This document shows positions 7,273-16,504 of a stretch of DNA of 41,314 bases, piece by piece. The notes beneath the pieces were generated by a model. It was not told the origin of the DNA. It made no database searches and saw only the letters and a program-made list of their open reading frames with translations. The translations under genes were made by a program, and so were the position numbers. The stretch comes from a virus (lineage: Duplodnaviria; Caudoviricetes): positions 1 through 41,314 of IMG/VR virus record IMGVR_UViG_3300049182_000023. One strand, given 5' to 3'. Each line of letters opens with the position of its first letter. Position 1 is the stretch's first letter.

Positions 7273-8121
7273 TTACTTGACCTGAATGAACGGCACTGCG
7301 CCGCCTGCGTTTGTGGTCGGCAGGACGCCGTTCCACTTCTCCACCGCCGTCATCTGTACGATTTCCGGATTGGCCGTGATGGCGCTGGCCTTGATGCGAA
7401 TGGCGTTTGCTTCGGCTTCGGACCGGATGCGCATGGATTCCGCCTCACCCTGCGCCGTTGCAATCTGGATCTTCGCGTCAGCTTCGGCCTTGCGGACTTG
7501 GTTCTCCGCCTGCTGCGCCTGCTGCGTCATCTGAATCTTTGCGTTGATCGACTGGACCACCGTCGGCGGCAACCGCAGTTCGCCCACCCAATAGACCTTC
7601 TCCACGATGATTCCCAGCGGCGACACTTGCGCCATCACATCGTTCTGAACTCGCTCGACCAGCTTTGCCTTGCCTGCGCCGTACACCGATTCCACAGGCA
7701 TGCTGCTGGCGTTCTTCACCAGCGAATCGCGAACCATGTTGCGCAGGTAGATATCCGTGATCTCGTCCACACCCTTTCGGTACTTCTGGAATACCAGCGC
7801 GGCCTTACTCGGATCGATACGGTAGGAGATGCCAACGTCCGCCGTGACGGACAGTCCTTCGACGGTCTGGAAGCCAAGCTCCTCGTTGGCGCAGTCACCC
7901 TCCTGGCATTCCTTTGTCCACGTGTAGTTCTGCGTGAACGTCGGGAACAGGTACAGCTCTTCGTTGATGCCGATCCAATAGCGACCGGGGCCAAGCTCCT
8001 CCACGTCCACGCCTTTGCTGCCACCTAGCAAGTACGCCTTGATGCCAACATTGCCAGCGGGCACCTTTGAACAGGCGGTCATCATCAGCAGGGCCAAGCC
8101 TGCAAGCAGATACTTTTTCAT
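7273..8121 (-). CDS. SPFH/band-7 (prohibitin-like) lipoprotein
   Basis: MKKYLLAGLALLMMTAC lipobox, VPAGNVGI, GPGRYW, Ala/Glu coiled coil, EKWNGVLP. Confidence 0.88.
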   Translation of the reverse strand: MKKYLLAGLALLMMTACSKVPAGNVGIKAYLLGGSKGVDVEELGPGRYWIGINEELYLFPTFTQNYTWTKECQEGDCANEELGFQTVEGLSVTADVGISYRIDPSKAALVFQKYRKGVDEITDIYLRNMVRDSLVKNASSMPVESVYGAGKAKLVERVQNDVMAQVSPLGIIVEKVYWVGELRLPPTVVQSINAKIQMTQQAQQAENQVRKAEADAKIQIATAQGEAESMRIRSEAEANAIRIKASAITANPEIVQMTAVEKWNGVLPTTNAGGAVPFIQVK

Positions 8122-8282
8122 TGCGGATTCCTTTTGAGGATTCGATAAGTGCCCCAAGCTCCGAGACAGGCGAGCGCGAGGCCAGCGATTGGCAGCTCAT
8201 AGCTGCGATGCGAGATCAGCGCCGGACCAATGAAGGCCACGAACGCAAGCCAGAACACGACCAGAACAGAAATGCGTTTCAC
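8118..8282 (-). CDS. Small two-TM membrane protein
   Basis: Hydrophobic 54-aa ORF coupled to the SPFH gene. Confidence 0.6.
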   Translation of the reverse strand: MKRISVLVVFWLAFVAFIGPALISHRSYELPIAGLALACLGAWGTYRILKRNPQ

Positions 8283-8557
8283 GTCCACGCGAGCAAACTC
8301 CCAAACCAAACAACCGGGGCCATCACAGCTAGAAGCCCCACATGCACAGCTACGTGCGCCCGCTCATGCAGGCATAGCCATGCGGCCAGAACCATTGCCT
8401 TCGACGCCGCGAACCAGCCGACTCCCCACTGTTCGATAACCCAGCGCATCATCGGATTGGATTCGGCATCAGCGCCAAGCGTCATCACGAACGAGATCGT
8501 TGCGGCAGCGTCCATCAGCCAGAGCGATGCGAAGATGGCGGCGAGGAATGTCTTCAC
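8279..8557 (-). CDS. Membrane protein (DUF5658-like)
   Basis: DAAATI...GADAESNPMMRW motif and multiple TM segments. Confidence 0.6.
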   Translation of the reverse strand: MKTFLAAIFASLWLMDAAATISFVMTLGADAESNPMMRWVIEQWGVGWFAASKAMVLAAWLCLHERAHVAVHVGLLAVMAPVVWFGSLLAWT

Positions 8558-8645
8558 GCCCCACCTCCAACCGTCTGCTGCGCCCAATACCCCAACCACG
8601 CCGCGCCACTAATCGCTAGGCCGATGCAGAACCATTTGAGGCGGG

Positions 8646-8933
8646 TCATGGGTCCATCTCCAGCGCCGGTTCGTCATTGCGTTCCGAGCGCCACTTGTTG
8701 AATCGCACCGTCCCGTAAGTGCCTACCCAGCCACCCAGCACAGCAGCCACCAAAAGGCGGTTGTCGTGGATGTATGAGATGGACGCGAACGCGCCGCACG
8801 CCATGATTGCCGCGCTCCACGAGGCGGCCGCGAGCGCCTTGCCTTCGTTGACCTTGGCGATGTAGAGCGTCCAGCAGGTATCAACCGCGACTAGCGAGAA
8901 GAACACCAACGCGAATTGCACGGGGAATGTCAT
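8646..8933 (-). CDS. Membrane protein (95 aa)
   Basis: Three hydrophobic segments, GGWVGTY. Confidence 0.65.
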   Translation of the reverse strand: MTFPVQFALVFFSLVAVDTCWTLYIAKVNEGKALAAASWSAAIMACGAFASISYIHDNRLLVAAVLGGWVGTYGTVRFNKWRSERNDEPALEMDP

Positions 8934-9745
8934 ACCGCCCTCGCCAATGAGAACCGCTGCTTTGCGTTGCGGCGATTTCGCTGCAACCAGCGGGCAACCG
9001 TCGTACCCGCAAACGTGCGGCTCAGGTAATCAATGCTTAGTGGCATCTCGCAGAACTGGCCGTTCTTGACCTCGTTCAACACCACTACGCCCCGCCAGTG
9101 CTTGTTCGCCGCGCCTTTGTACGGCTCGTCATGGAGGTAGCAGCTACCGGCCACCACGCCGTATGCAATGTCGCCAGTGGCGTACTGGAAGTCGCCGCGC
9201 TTTAGCCCTTGTTCGTGGCCTTGCACGAAGCTGCCGCCGATCTTGGCAATGCGGTTGGCGATGGTTCCGCCAATCGGCTTGCCAGTGTTGGGCTGCGCGA
9301 AGAAGTGGGCGTAGCGCACACCGTCCACGACAACGATTCCAGGCGCTCCGTCCTGATAGGGGACTATCTCCCAATCCGCGTCATCCAGCAGATGCAGGCC
9401 AATCAGCCCCTCTAGCTCGGGATGCCGGTCAACGTAGTTGTTGAGTCGCTGGTCATGGTTTCCGCGCAGCTTGATCTTGCGCTTAGGGCGGAACTTACCC
9501 ATGCCCTCACGTAACAGGCGCTCGCCTTCGTTGTAGGCGTCAATGTCAGCCTTGAGGCGACGGCCTTCCTTCGCCAGCGTGCCCGGCTCTGTGTGCCGGC
9601 TGATCGACTCAAAGTCGGGACCGTCGCCAAGATCGATCACTACATCCGGCTCATAGCGGGCGATGGCTTGACCAACCCAGCGGTTATGTTCCAGCGGAAC
9701 GTCTGGCTTGTTCTGACGATCAGGCAAAACGAAGTGACGGCGCAT
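8930..9745 (-). CDS. Calcineurin-like metallophosphoesterase
   Basis: LPDRQ, DLGDGPD, GNHDQR and QGHEQ motifs. Confidence 0.85.
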   Translation of the reverse strand: MRRHFVLPDRQNKPDVPLEHNRWVGQAIARYEPDVVIDLGDGPDFESISRHTEPGTLAKEGRRLKADIDAYNEGERLLREGMGKFRPKRKIKLRGNHDQRLNNYVDRHPELEGLIGLHLLDDADWEIVPYQDGAPGIVVVDGVRYAHFFAQPNTGKPIGGTIANRIAKIGGSFVQGHEQGLKRGDFQYATGDIAYGVVAGSCYLHDEPYKGAANKHWRGVVVLNEVKNGQFCEMPLSIDYLSRTFAGTTVARWLQRNRRNAKQRFSLARAV

Positions 9746-10158
9746 CAGTTGCCCACCTCGCCCGGCACACCGTCGTCACGTTCGCCAAGGTCGCGCAGGT
9801 AGGCGGCGGCCACTTCATGCGGCACGACTTCGGGCAACCGCGCGTTACGTGGAAGCGGCGCGTTCTCTTCGCGCTCCAACTCTTCCTGCAACTGAGCCAG
9901 CGCACGCCACGCCACCTTCGCACTGTGCCGCGTGCCGTCCGTGTCGATCGTTCCGGCTTCCAACTGGTGCCGAAGGATCTTGTTTGCGTGGTCCGTGGAC
10001 TTGCCCCGCGCCCAATGCATCGGCTGGCCGGGGTTGTGCTGGTCGTTCCCGATCTTGCTAACGCGGGCAACCGCAGCCAGTGCGGCCGGGAAGTAGTACA
10101 GCAGCCCGTCTGCCATCGGGTAATCGTTACGGTCGATGGGGTTCTTCGGGAGGCTCAC
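9745..10158 (-). CDS. dATP/dGTP diphosphohydrolase-domain protein (DUF5664-like)
   Basis: YFPAALAAVARVSKIGNDQH...HSAKVAWRALAQLQ. Confidence 0.75.
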   Translation of the reverse strand: MSLPKNPIDRNDYPMADGLLYYFPAALAAVARVSKIGNDQHNPGQPMHWARGKSTDHANKILRHQLEAGTIDTDGTRHSAKVAWRALAQLQEELEREENAPLPRNARLPEVVPHEVAAAYLRDLGERDDGVPGEVGN

Positions 10159-10394
10159 TTGGCGGCCTCCGGCGTATTGCCGAACTTCATCCGGTTGAAC
10201 ACGCGGCGGATGAACAACTGCCGCAGCATCGAAATGCCGGTGAACACAAGGCCGATGCCAAACGCCTTGGCTGCCGTCAGTGTGTCGAAGCCGAACATGG
10301 GTAAAAACACCATGTTGGCCGTCCAGTTGATCGCGAAGCCGATGACGATATTCGTCTTGGCCTCAACGATTGAACCTAACCATGTTTGTGCCAT
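10155..10394 (-). CDS. Small membrane protein (DUF7220-like)
   Basis: MAQTWLGSIVEAKTNIVIGF...FTGISMLRQLFIRRVFN. Confidence 0.7.
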   Translation of the reverse strand: MAQTWLGSIVEAKTNIVIGFAINWTANMVFLPMFGFDTLTAAKAFGIGLVFTGISMLRQLFIRRVFNRMKFGNTPEAAK

Positions 10395-10431
10395 TTGCCG
10401 GGTTCCTTTGGACTTCCCGGCTTTGAATAAT

Positions 10432-10713
10432 CTACCCAGTTGCGGCAAGTTTCGCGGAAGCGGCCTTCCCTTCTATTGCCGAATTTCGCCAGTTGCGCAC
10501 TGTGCGCTCGCTCACGTCCCACTGACGCGCCAAGTCTGCCGTCCTGTTTCTCAGGTCAAGCAACAACTGCACACGGCGGTTATCGGCGATGCTCTGCACG
10601 GCCTTAAACTCCACCGTGTCCATGCACTGTTCCATCAGCTTGCGTGAAGCCCCCGCCTCCACAAGCTCATCGATGGCTCGCTGCACAATCTCGCTAACTC
10701 GCGTGTAGCTCAT
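10432..10713 (-). CDS. HTH DNA-binding protein; ends in TAG
   Basis: TADLARQWDVSERTVRNWR HTH; ATG 10713. Confidence 0.65.
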   Translation of the reverse strand: MSYTRVSEIVQRAIDELVEAGASRKLMEQCMDTVEFKAVQSIADNRRVQLLLDLRNRTADLARQWDVSERTVRNWRNSAIEGKAASAKLAATG

Positions 10714-10721
10714 AACGCCCC

Positions 10722-11120
10722 CTAGCTCAGATGCTCGCGCACGATCAGGAAAAATCCGTCTGGTGATAGGTCCATCGTGTATTGCAGCTCGCGCCCCCAC
10801 TGCTGCCCACTAGCCCACGCCTGCGGTAACGGGACACGGAAGCGCCAGCCCTTGCGCGGCACCTTGTAGGCGAGGCACGGTTGCGCATCACGCTTGCTGG
10901 CTGCCTGCACCGTCTGCTGCCACCAGGACTTGAGGTTCAGTGAGGCACAGTTCTTCACTTCCAAGCTGTACGGGCCGACGAGTTGTTCAATGTCCGCAAG
11001 CTGGCTCTGTTGGTACTGCTTCAGTAGCCTGTTGAACTCGCCGCCTAAGTTGTCGCGGAGTAGCGCGCAGATTTCGCGTTCGCCACGAGCGCCCTTGTTG
11101 CGTGACTTCGCGCCGCTCAT
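10722..11120 (-). CDS. PD-(D/E)XK endonuclease / Holliday junction resolvase-like; ends in TAG
   Basis: SRNKGARGERE, ADI, LEVKN and WWQQT motifs. Confidence 0.8.
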   Translation of the reverse strand: MSGAKSRNKGARGEREICALLRDNLGGEFNRLLKQYQQSQLADIEQLVGPYSLEVKNCASLNLKSWWQQTVQAASKRDAQPCLAYKVPRKGWRFRVPLPQAWASGQQWGRELQYTMDLSPDGFFLIVREHLS

Positions 11121-11365
11121 GGCCGGTCCTGGTACCACTCGATCCTGTAGTCGCCGATGCGTTCCTCAGCGGCATAGCCAACGCCTGGCACCTGCACCCC
11201 GACGATCACATCCATGCCGTCCTGCTCAGCGGCGTCCAGCACCTCTTGCTGCGTACAGCCGTAGCGCTTGGCTAGCTGGCGAACAGTGGGCCACTCGCTG
11301 TGATGCTTGTCGGAGTAGCTCTTGGCGTACTCGCGCAACCGCTGCTCTAAGGATTCAGTCTTCAT
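11117..11365 (-). CDS. Hypothetical HTH-like protein
   Basis: PTVRQLAKRYG; ATGA overlaps on both sides. Confidence 0.55.
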   Translation of the reverse strand: MKTESLEQRLREYAKSYSDKHHSEWPTVRQLAKRYGCTQQEVLDAAEQDGMDVIVGVQVPGVGYAAEERIGDYRIEWYQDRP

Positions 11366-11610
11366 TCCCCACCCTCCAGCGCGGCGCGGCCTGCGGGGGT
11401 TACGGTGAATGTGTCGGATGCGCGGCGGTTCCACTCAGTAGTTGCCGTTTTCTCCCAGCCTTCGACCACCTCTCCGCCAGAAGACTTACGGAACAACGGG
11501 CCGTGCATTTCACAGTCGCCGCAATGGACCGCTCCCCACCGGTAATTCCCAACGTCGTCAAAGTAGAGATCAGAACCGCCACAGAACGGACATTCACGCA
11601 GCTCGTTCAT
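11362..11610 (-). CDS. Lar-family restriction alleviation protein
   Basis: LRECPFCGG...VHCGDC...WNRRA. Confidence 0.75.
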   Translation of the reverse strand: MNELRECPFCGGSDLYFDDVGNYRWGAVHCGDCEMHGPLFRKSSGGEVVEGWEKTATTEWNRRASDTFTVTPAGRAALEGGE

Positions 11611-11923
11611 AACTAACCTCCTCCAACCCAACCCGAACCATCGGGCGCAACTGGCCGGGACTAACCGGTCCGCGCCACTTCTTCGCACGCACGTCTAGCA
11701 GCGCCTCACGCAACTGACGCGGCCACAACTCCACCGGCTGCGGCTTGCGCACCGTGCGATCACGGCGGCGACCCATCTTCGTCCGCTCGGCCATGTATTC
11801 GTTACGGCATGGCTTGCAGTAACTCTGAACCTGCATCCGGCCGTTTGGCTTCAGGTAGTAGCTGAAGCAGTCCAGCGGCTTTGCCGTTTCGCATCGGGAA
11901 CACATCCGCATGCCTTCCATCAC
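11594..11923 (-). CDS. Zn-finger hypothetical protein
   Basis: CSRC...YCKPC. Confidence 0.6.
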   Translation of the reverse strand: MMEGMRMCSRCETAKPLDCFSYYLKPNGRMQVQSYCKPCRNEYMAERTKMGRRRDRTVRKPQPVELWPRQLREALLDVRAKKWRGPVSPGQLRPMVRVGLEEVSYERAA

Positions 11924-12261
11924 TTCGCTCCCTTAATCGTCAAAAACCCGTGGTCATGCCAGAACCGCAACGTGCGCACCGTTGAACGGAAGGCGTAGAA
12001 CAACCATTCCTCTGAGCCGCGCTGAATGCCGTGCGTGCCGTTGGAATCCATCACGGTGTGGCATGGCACACACGAAAATCCTGCGCAAAGGTCATCGGGC
12101 TTCTGTGCACCGCCCGCGTTGCCGGAGAATCGCCAGTGCGCCAGGACGCAACCGGCCGTCTTTGCGTCCGTGTTGTCAGGGCAAACGCCTGCGATCTGCA
12201 CCGTGCAATACGCATCCGGATGCCCTGCCGAGTCGCGCAGCTTTTGGCTGATGATGCTCAT
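11920..12261 (-). CDS. DUF1364/YbcO-like nuclease-domain protein
   Basis: SQKLRDSA...CTVQIAGVC...VLAH...KPDD...CVPCH. Confidence 0.75.
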   Translation of the reverse strand: MSIISQKLRDSAGHPDAYCTVQIAGVCPDNTDAKTAGCVLAHWRFSGNAGGAQKPDDLCAGFSCVPCHTVMDSNGTHGIQRGSEEWLFYAFRSTVRTLRFWHDHGFLTIKGAK

Positions 12262-12479
12262 GCGGCCTCCTGGCGGCGGCGGTCTTCGACAAGCAGCGAA
12301 TGGATAAACGCCCGCATATCGAATCCCGACTGGCAGATGCGACGGCCTTCATCATTCAAGTACCAGCCGCACCCGCTGTCTTGAGACACCGTGGCCTTAG
12401 ACCCGTCCGCAAACTTCACAACGTCTCCGTATTCCGGAGGGTTGAACAAGCTCAATGCGCAAGCCTCACGCACGCCCAA
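12258..12479 (-). CDS. Hypothetical protein
   Basis: ORF in operon; start uncertain. Confidence 0.5.
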   Translation of the reverse strand: MGVREACALSLFNPPEYGDVVKFADGSKATVSQDSGCGWYLNDEGRRICQSGFDMRAFIHSLLVEDRRRQEAA

Positions 12480-12642
12480 CCTCGCACGTCGCCTTGCACT
12501 CGTCCGCCGTGTCCGCCACGAGTAGCGACACGTCCGGCTTCCGGATCGCTTGGTATTTCGGCTTACCGTTCACGATGTATTTCGTCACGATGTACCTCTT
12601 GCATTCGCTCTCTAGGTGCCACTTGCTGGCTTTGGTCCACAT
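12466..12642 (-). CDS. Hypothetical protein (58 aa)
   Basis: TGATG-coupled to the dnaB stop; begins MWTKASKWHLESECKRY. Confidence 0.55.
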   Translation of the reverse strand: MWTKASKWHLESECKRYIVTKYIVNGKPKYQAIRKPDVSLLVADTADECKATCEVGRA

Positions 12643-13976
12643 CACAGGTCGTCGTCACGTCCGCGTGCGGCAACGTTGCTGTCCGTCCACTCGGCTGCTC
12701 CGCCAGTGAATCGGCAGCAGTGCAGCTCTTCATTCATGCGGATGAGCCCCGTAGGCCCATTGCGTTGCAGGGCAAGATCCAGGCGAAGGCCAGGGGCCGC
12801 GTTCTTGTCGTAGTAGCTCGGGCGATGCAGCAGCAGCATCGAATCCAAGTCCTGCTCGATGTTTCCGGAGTCACGGGCATCGGACGGGCGCGGGGCACGG
12901 ACGGCAGCCCCGTTCTCACTGCCACGATTGAGCTGGAACACCGCGATCACCGGAATCCGCAACTCTTTGGCGATCACCTTCAGGCGGCGTGTGACGTGAC
13001 CCACCGCCAAGTCATGGCGATCCATCTTCGGCATCCGCAACAGGCCGATGTGATCCACCACCAGCAAGTCGAGCAATCCGGATGAGTGCATCTGCCGCGC
13101 CTGCGCTTCGATCTCTTCGATTGCGACGTCGAGCCTGTCGCTGATGTACAGCGGAGCCGCTTGCAGCGCCTTGGTCGCCATGCTCATGCGATCCCACGCG
13201 CCTTCGATGGCGTCCAACAGTTTCGGGCGCTGCACTGCATTGGACGGGACGCCAGCAATCGCGCATGACATGCGCTGCATTAGCTCCTCTTCGCCCATTT
13301 CCAGCGACCACACGCCAACATTCTTGGCGGGCCACAGTGGGTTACCGCGCGAGTCCACGGGCGGGCTGACGATGTTGGCGGCGATGTTCATCGTCAGGAT
13401 CGTCTTGCCCATCTTGGCGCGGGCACCGATGCCGTAGACGCGCTGCGGTTGCAGGCCGCCCGTCCACTCATCCAGCAGCGGGATGCCGGTGCGTAGCCCG
13501 GTTAGGTCGTCACCAGACTCATACCGGGCAATGACCGACTGCCACATGCGCTTGATGGCTGCGTCCGCCTTCACCGCGTGCGCGGGCTGGGCATTCATCA
13601 GTGAGGTCAACTGCGCCTGCACCGTCGCTACGTCGCCGGTCTTTGCGCCCTCGCCACAGATGGCCTTGACGCGGCGGCGCATCGCATCGGACTTCACCTG
13701 CTCCGCATGGCCCCGCAGGTTGGACAGGTTCCACGTCTGGCTTGCCAGCCCGATCACCGCAGAGGCATCACACACGCCCTGTTGGTCGGCTGCTGCACCC
13801 ACACTGAAAACGTCCAGATCGGCGGATGACTTCGCAACCTCACCGCACACGCGGTACAGATTGGCGAGGTACGGCGTGGGGAAGTCTTCAGGGCGCAGTA
13901 GGTCGGCAACGCGCCAGTACGCATCCTTGCCGCTCACCAGGATTCCGCCAATCACATTCTCGGCAGCGGCGCTCAT
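12642..13976 (-). CDS. dnaB: DnaB-like replicative helicase
   Basis: GARAKMGKT Walker A, SLEM, VVDHIGLL, QLNR and RDSGNIEQD motifs. Confidence 0.95.
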   Translation of the reverse strand: MSAAAENVIGGILVSGKDAYWRVADLLRPEDFPTPYLANLYRVCGEVAKSSADLDVFSVGAAADQQGVCDASAVIGLASQTWNLSNLRGHAEQVKSDAMRRRVKAICGEGAKTGDVATVQAQLTSLMNAQPAHAVKADAAIKRMWQSVIARYESGDDLTGLRTGIPLLDEWTGGLQPQRVYGIGARAKMGKTILTMNIAANIVSPPVDSRGNPLWPAKNVGVWSLEMGEEELMQRMSCAIAGVPSNAVQRPKLLDAIEGAWDRMSMATKALQAAPLYISDRLDVAIEEIEAQARQMHSSGLLDLLVVDHIGLLRMPKMDRHDLAVGHVTRRLKVIAKELRIPVIAVFQLNRGSENGAAVRAPRPSDARDSGNIEQDLDSMLLLHRPSYYDKNAAPGLRLDLALQRNGPTGLIRMNEELHCCRFTGGAAEWTDSNVAARGRDDDL

Positions 13977-14719
13977 GCATCACCGCCCTTGTCGTGGTAG
14001 CGGCCTTCGATGACCTTTGCGAAGTTCTCCGGCATCACCAGCCAGTCGAGGCCGGGCAGGAACGGACGGCCCTGACGGTCGGCACGCTGGCCTGTCAGGA
14101 ACGGCGATCCGGCGACATGCGAGAAGAAGCGTTTCCAGTAGTCGAGGCTCTGGCGCTTCTCGTCCTCGCGCCACCGGGTACGCAGGTTCGATTGACGCTT
14201 GCCGGTCCACGCCTTGATCCGTGGGTTAGCGGGAAGGGCCTGGTGGTACAGCTCGATGATTTCGGCGTGCGGGCAGCCGTCAGGCGGCAAAGAAGCTTTT
14301 GCTTCTTCTTCTCTTCTCTTCTCTTCTCTAGGTAACGCCTTCGTAACGGTAGAAGTAACGCTGTCATCGTTACTTTTTGCGCGATGTTCAGAGGCCCTTT
14401 TTGCACCAAGTGCCCTAGATTTAGCGGTTTCACCCGTATGACGGTCAAAGTTGGGTAGGCTGACGCCCACGGCGGTGACCACGATCCAGTCCACAGACTC
14501 CATCGCGGCGACGAATCCTGTAACGCCAGCGATACGGTCGAGTAACGGTCGAGTAACGCCAACACCGTTACCGGAGAGGGTGTGTGTGTCGAACCAGGAC
14601 CACACCCGAATCAGCTTTCCGACCACTGCATCCGGATCCATATCCAGCTTCGCAGCGATGGCGAAGACCTCCGGTTTCTCAGGAGTTGCCTTCTCGAACT
14701 TCAACCAATCACCCGCCAT
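13973..14719 (-). CDS. Replication initiator (lambda O-like)
   Basis: MAGDWLKFE...KPEV...W.WFD, PNFDRH, C-terminal LDWLV...NFAKVIEGRY; precedes dnaB and contains iterons. Confidence 0.85.
   Translation of the reverse strand: MAGDWLKFEKATPEKPEVFAIAAKLDMDPDAVVGKLIRVWSWFDTHTLSGNGVGVTRPLLDRIAGVTGFVAAMESVDWIVVTAVGVSLPNFDRHTGETAKSRALGAKRASEHRAKSNDDSVTSTVTKALPREEKRREEEAKASLPPDGCPHAEIIELYHQALPANPRIKAWTGKRQSNLRTRWREDEKRQSLDYWKRFFSHVAGSPFLTGQRADRQGRPFLPGLDWLVMPENFAKVIEGRYHDKGGDA
14303..14571. repeat. Putative replication origin: GTAACG iterons and CT-rich tract
   Basis: GTAACG at 14332, 14343, 14355, 14520, 14542 and 14553; inverted CGTTAC at 14368 and 14566; (CTCTT)n tract at 14303-14330. All lie inside the O-like gene. 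Confidence 0.6.
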
Positions 14720-14742
14720 CGCCCTGCCCCCTGCAATCCCGC

Positions 14743-14943
14743 TTACTGCCCGAACAACTCGCCAACCTGCCCCGCACGTACCGCTAAGTAGTCCGCTTCC
14801 CATTGCCTTCGTTCGGCCTCGTCCACGGGCCGCTCAAGTTCCTGTCTGGCCTTAGCCAAAACCTCCACGTAACGTGACTTAGGCTTCGGCTGGGAGACTG
14901 CAATCCGATGCAGGCGGACGCGGAAAAGAGGGCGCGGGGTCAT
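14743..14943 (-). CDS. Hypothetical protein
   Basis: ATGA-coupled start MTPRPLFRV; TAA stop. Confidence 0.55.
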   Translation of the reverse strand: MTPRPLFRVRLHRIAVSQPKPKSRYVEVLAKARQELERPVDEAERRQWEADYLAVRAGQVGELFGQ

Positions 14944-15206
14944 GGCTTGGCCGCCTTGTGATCCCACGTAGGCCACTGCGAACGGATCTGGCAGCGACGC
15001 AGAGCAGCGGTCACGTCGTGGCCGATGTGCTCCTGCGTCTTGATGGCTGCATCGGCGCGGTCTAGCCGAGCGAGCATTCGGCCTGCGGGGGTAATGGCGT
15101 CACTGCCACTGCCTCCAAACAACGAACCAAAGAGCGACAGGTAGCGCGGCTGCCAGACGCTTCCGCCGCAGTCACCGTCGTCATCGTCGTCATCGTGGTC
15201 AGACAT
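14940..15206 (-). CDS. Hypothetical protein with acidic N-terminus
   Basis: GGAG RBS; begins MSDHDDDDDDG. Confidence 0.55.
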   Translation of the reverse strand: MSDHDDDDDDGDCGGSVWQPRYLSLFGSLFGGSGSDAITPAGRMLARLDRADAAIKTQEHIGHDVTAALRRCQIRSQWPTWDHKAAKP

Positions 15207-15320
15207 GGCTTAGCTCCGGACGAATCAGGCGCAGCGCACGCAGCAGATCGAGGCGCAGGCCAGGAGGGTTGGCGTCGCACTGGCGACGTAGGCGCAGGTA
15301 TTGCGCGGCGGCTAGGGAGG

Positions 15321-15698
15321 TCATGCGGCGGCTCTGCGCTCTTCGCGCCATTCGACTAGCTGCGCGGCGGCGCGGCGAACCGTCGCCATCTCGTCATTGA
15401 CGTCAGCAAGGCGCTGCTGGCGATCAACGAACTGGCGCAGCAGGTTGCAGCCGGTGGCTTGGCACAGACGGTCGATCAGCTTCTCTGGGATCTCGCGCTT
15501 GCCGCTGCAAAGCCGCGACACGTATCCCTCGGACTTGCCGATGCAGCGAGCGATGTACGCCTGCTTGTGACGGCCAGCCTCAATGGACGTTGCCAGCGCT
15601 TGCCAAGCAAATTCGATCTGGCGCAGCACTTTTTCAGGTGCATCCCTTGGGGGATGCCCTGCGCTGAAACTGCGGGAAAACAAGATGTTTTGTTGCAC
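15321..15698 (-). CDS. CII-like HTH regulator
   Basis: KQAYIARCIGKSEGYVSRLCSG HTH; located after cro and a terminator. Confidence 0.65.
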   Translation of the reverse strand: MQQNILFSRSFSAGHPPRDAPEKVLRQIEFAWQALATSIEAGRHKQAYIARCIGKSEGYVSRLCSGKREIPEKLIDRLCQATGCNLLRQFVDRQQRLADVNDEMATVRRAAAQLVEWREERRAAA

Positions 15699-15751
15699 CT
15701 GTTGCCTCCTGTTGCCAAAACTTGCCTTGCCTTGCCAAAGCGTTTGGGGCG

Positions 15752-15784
15752 AAAAAAGGGGCTGAATCCTTTCGGACCAGCCCC
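15752..15784 (-). terminator. Intrinsic terminator after cro (tR1-like)
   Basis: GGGGCTG...CAGCCCC stem followed by TTTTTT on the minus strand. Confidence 0.75.
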
Positions 15785-15791
15785 AGTGACC

Positions 15792-16046
15792 TCAGCCGCT
15801 CTTGTTTGCGTTCACTTGCCAGCCAATCACCTCGCCTTTCTCGTTGCGGGTGAACTCTGTGTCGGGCAGCAGGTCTTCGGCGCGGAACAACCCGCCGCTT
15901 ACCTGTTCTGCACGGATGACGTGCTGCGGAAGCAGTGCGCGCTTACCACTCGCGATCAGGGAGACAGTCGAGTCGCTGAGACCCAGCACCTCAGCGGCTT
16001 GCCGCTGGCTGCCTGCCCACGCGATGAAGTCTTGGAAACCGGTCAT
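15792..16046 (-). CDS. cro: Cro-like repressor
   Basis: GSQRQAAEVLGLSDSTVSLIASG HTH; divergent from cI. Confidence 0.75.
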   Translation of the reverse strand: MTGFQDFIAWAGSQRQAAEVLGLSDSTVSLIASGKRALLPQHVIRAEQVSGGLFRAEDLLPDTEFTRNEKGEVIGWQVNANKSG

Positions 16047-16057
16047 GGGGTTTTGCG

Positions 16058-16108
16058 CTTTACGGAAAGTCAAGCGCGACTCTGGACCATGCTTTGCGCA
16101 TTGTCAAG
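16058..16108. promoter_or_regulatory. Two 17-bp operators upstream of cro
   Basis: CTTTACGGAAAGTCAAG (16058-16074) and CTTTGCGCATTGTCAAG (16092-16108); each contains a TTGAC -35-like box on the minus strand. Confidence 0.7.
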
Positions 16109-16189
16109 TCAAGTTTTTCGTAAACGGTTCGCAAACGAGCGATCCCGTTACGCTTTCCGTCTCACCTTTTGACGAAGCCTTCACCCACT

Positions 16190-16504
16190 ATGTCAATCGT
16201 CGCCCCCAAGCTCAGGGCCGCCCTAGAAAGGGCTGGCATCACAGCGCGTGACCTGGCGGGCAGAATCGATATGGACGAGTCCACAGTGAGCTTGTGGCTG
16301 TCCGGGGGGAGGACGCCACGCATGAAGAACTTGCAAAAGGTCGCCGATGCTCTGGGCATTGAGCTAGCTACGCTCTGGGCGGGACCAGAGGCGACACCGG
16401 CCACAGAAGTACAGGCCGCGATGATTGACGAAATGGGGCAGTTGTCCCCAGCCCAGCAGGAGGCTTTGCTGGCTATCGCAAGGACCATGAGGACGCCCAC
16501 CTAA
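16190..16504 (+). CDS. cI: CI-like XRE repressor without S24 peptidase domain
   Basis: GITARDLAGRIDMDESTVSLWLSGGRTP HTH; about 104 aa. Confidence 0.75.
   Translation: MSIVAPKLRAALERAGITARDLAGRIDMDESTVSLWLSGGRTPRMKNLQKVADALGIELATLWAGPEATPATEVQAAMIDEMGQLSPAQQEALLAIARTMRTPT

Noticed and set aside
9745-10158. Z-genome (2-aminoadenine) pathway
   Set aside because: No PurZ or dedicated polymerase was recognised; the diphosphohydrolase-like gene alone is insufficient.
15690-15737. TTGCC/GTTGC short tandem repeats before the CII-like gene
   Set aside because: They are short and low-complexity, and I cannot support a function from the sequence alone.
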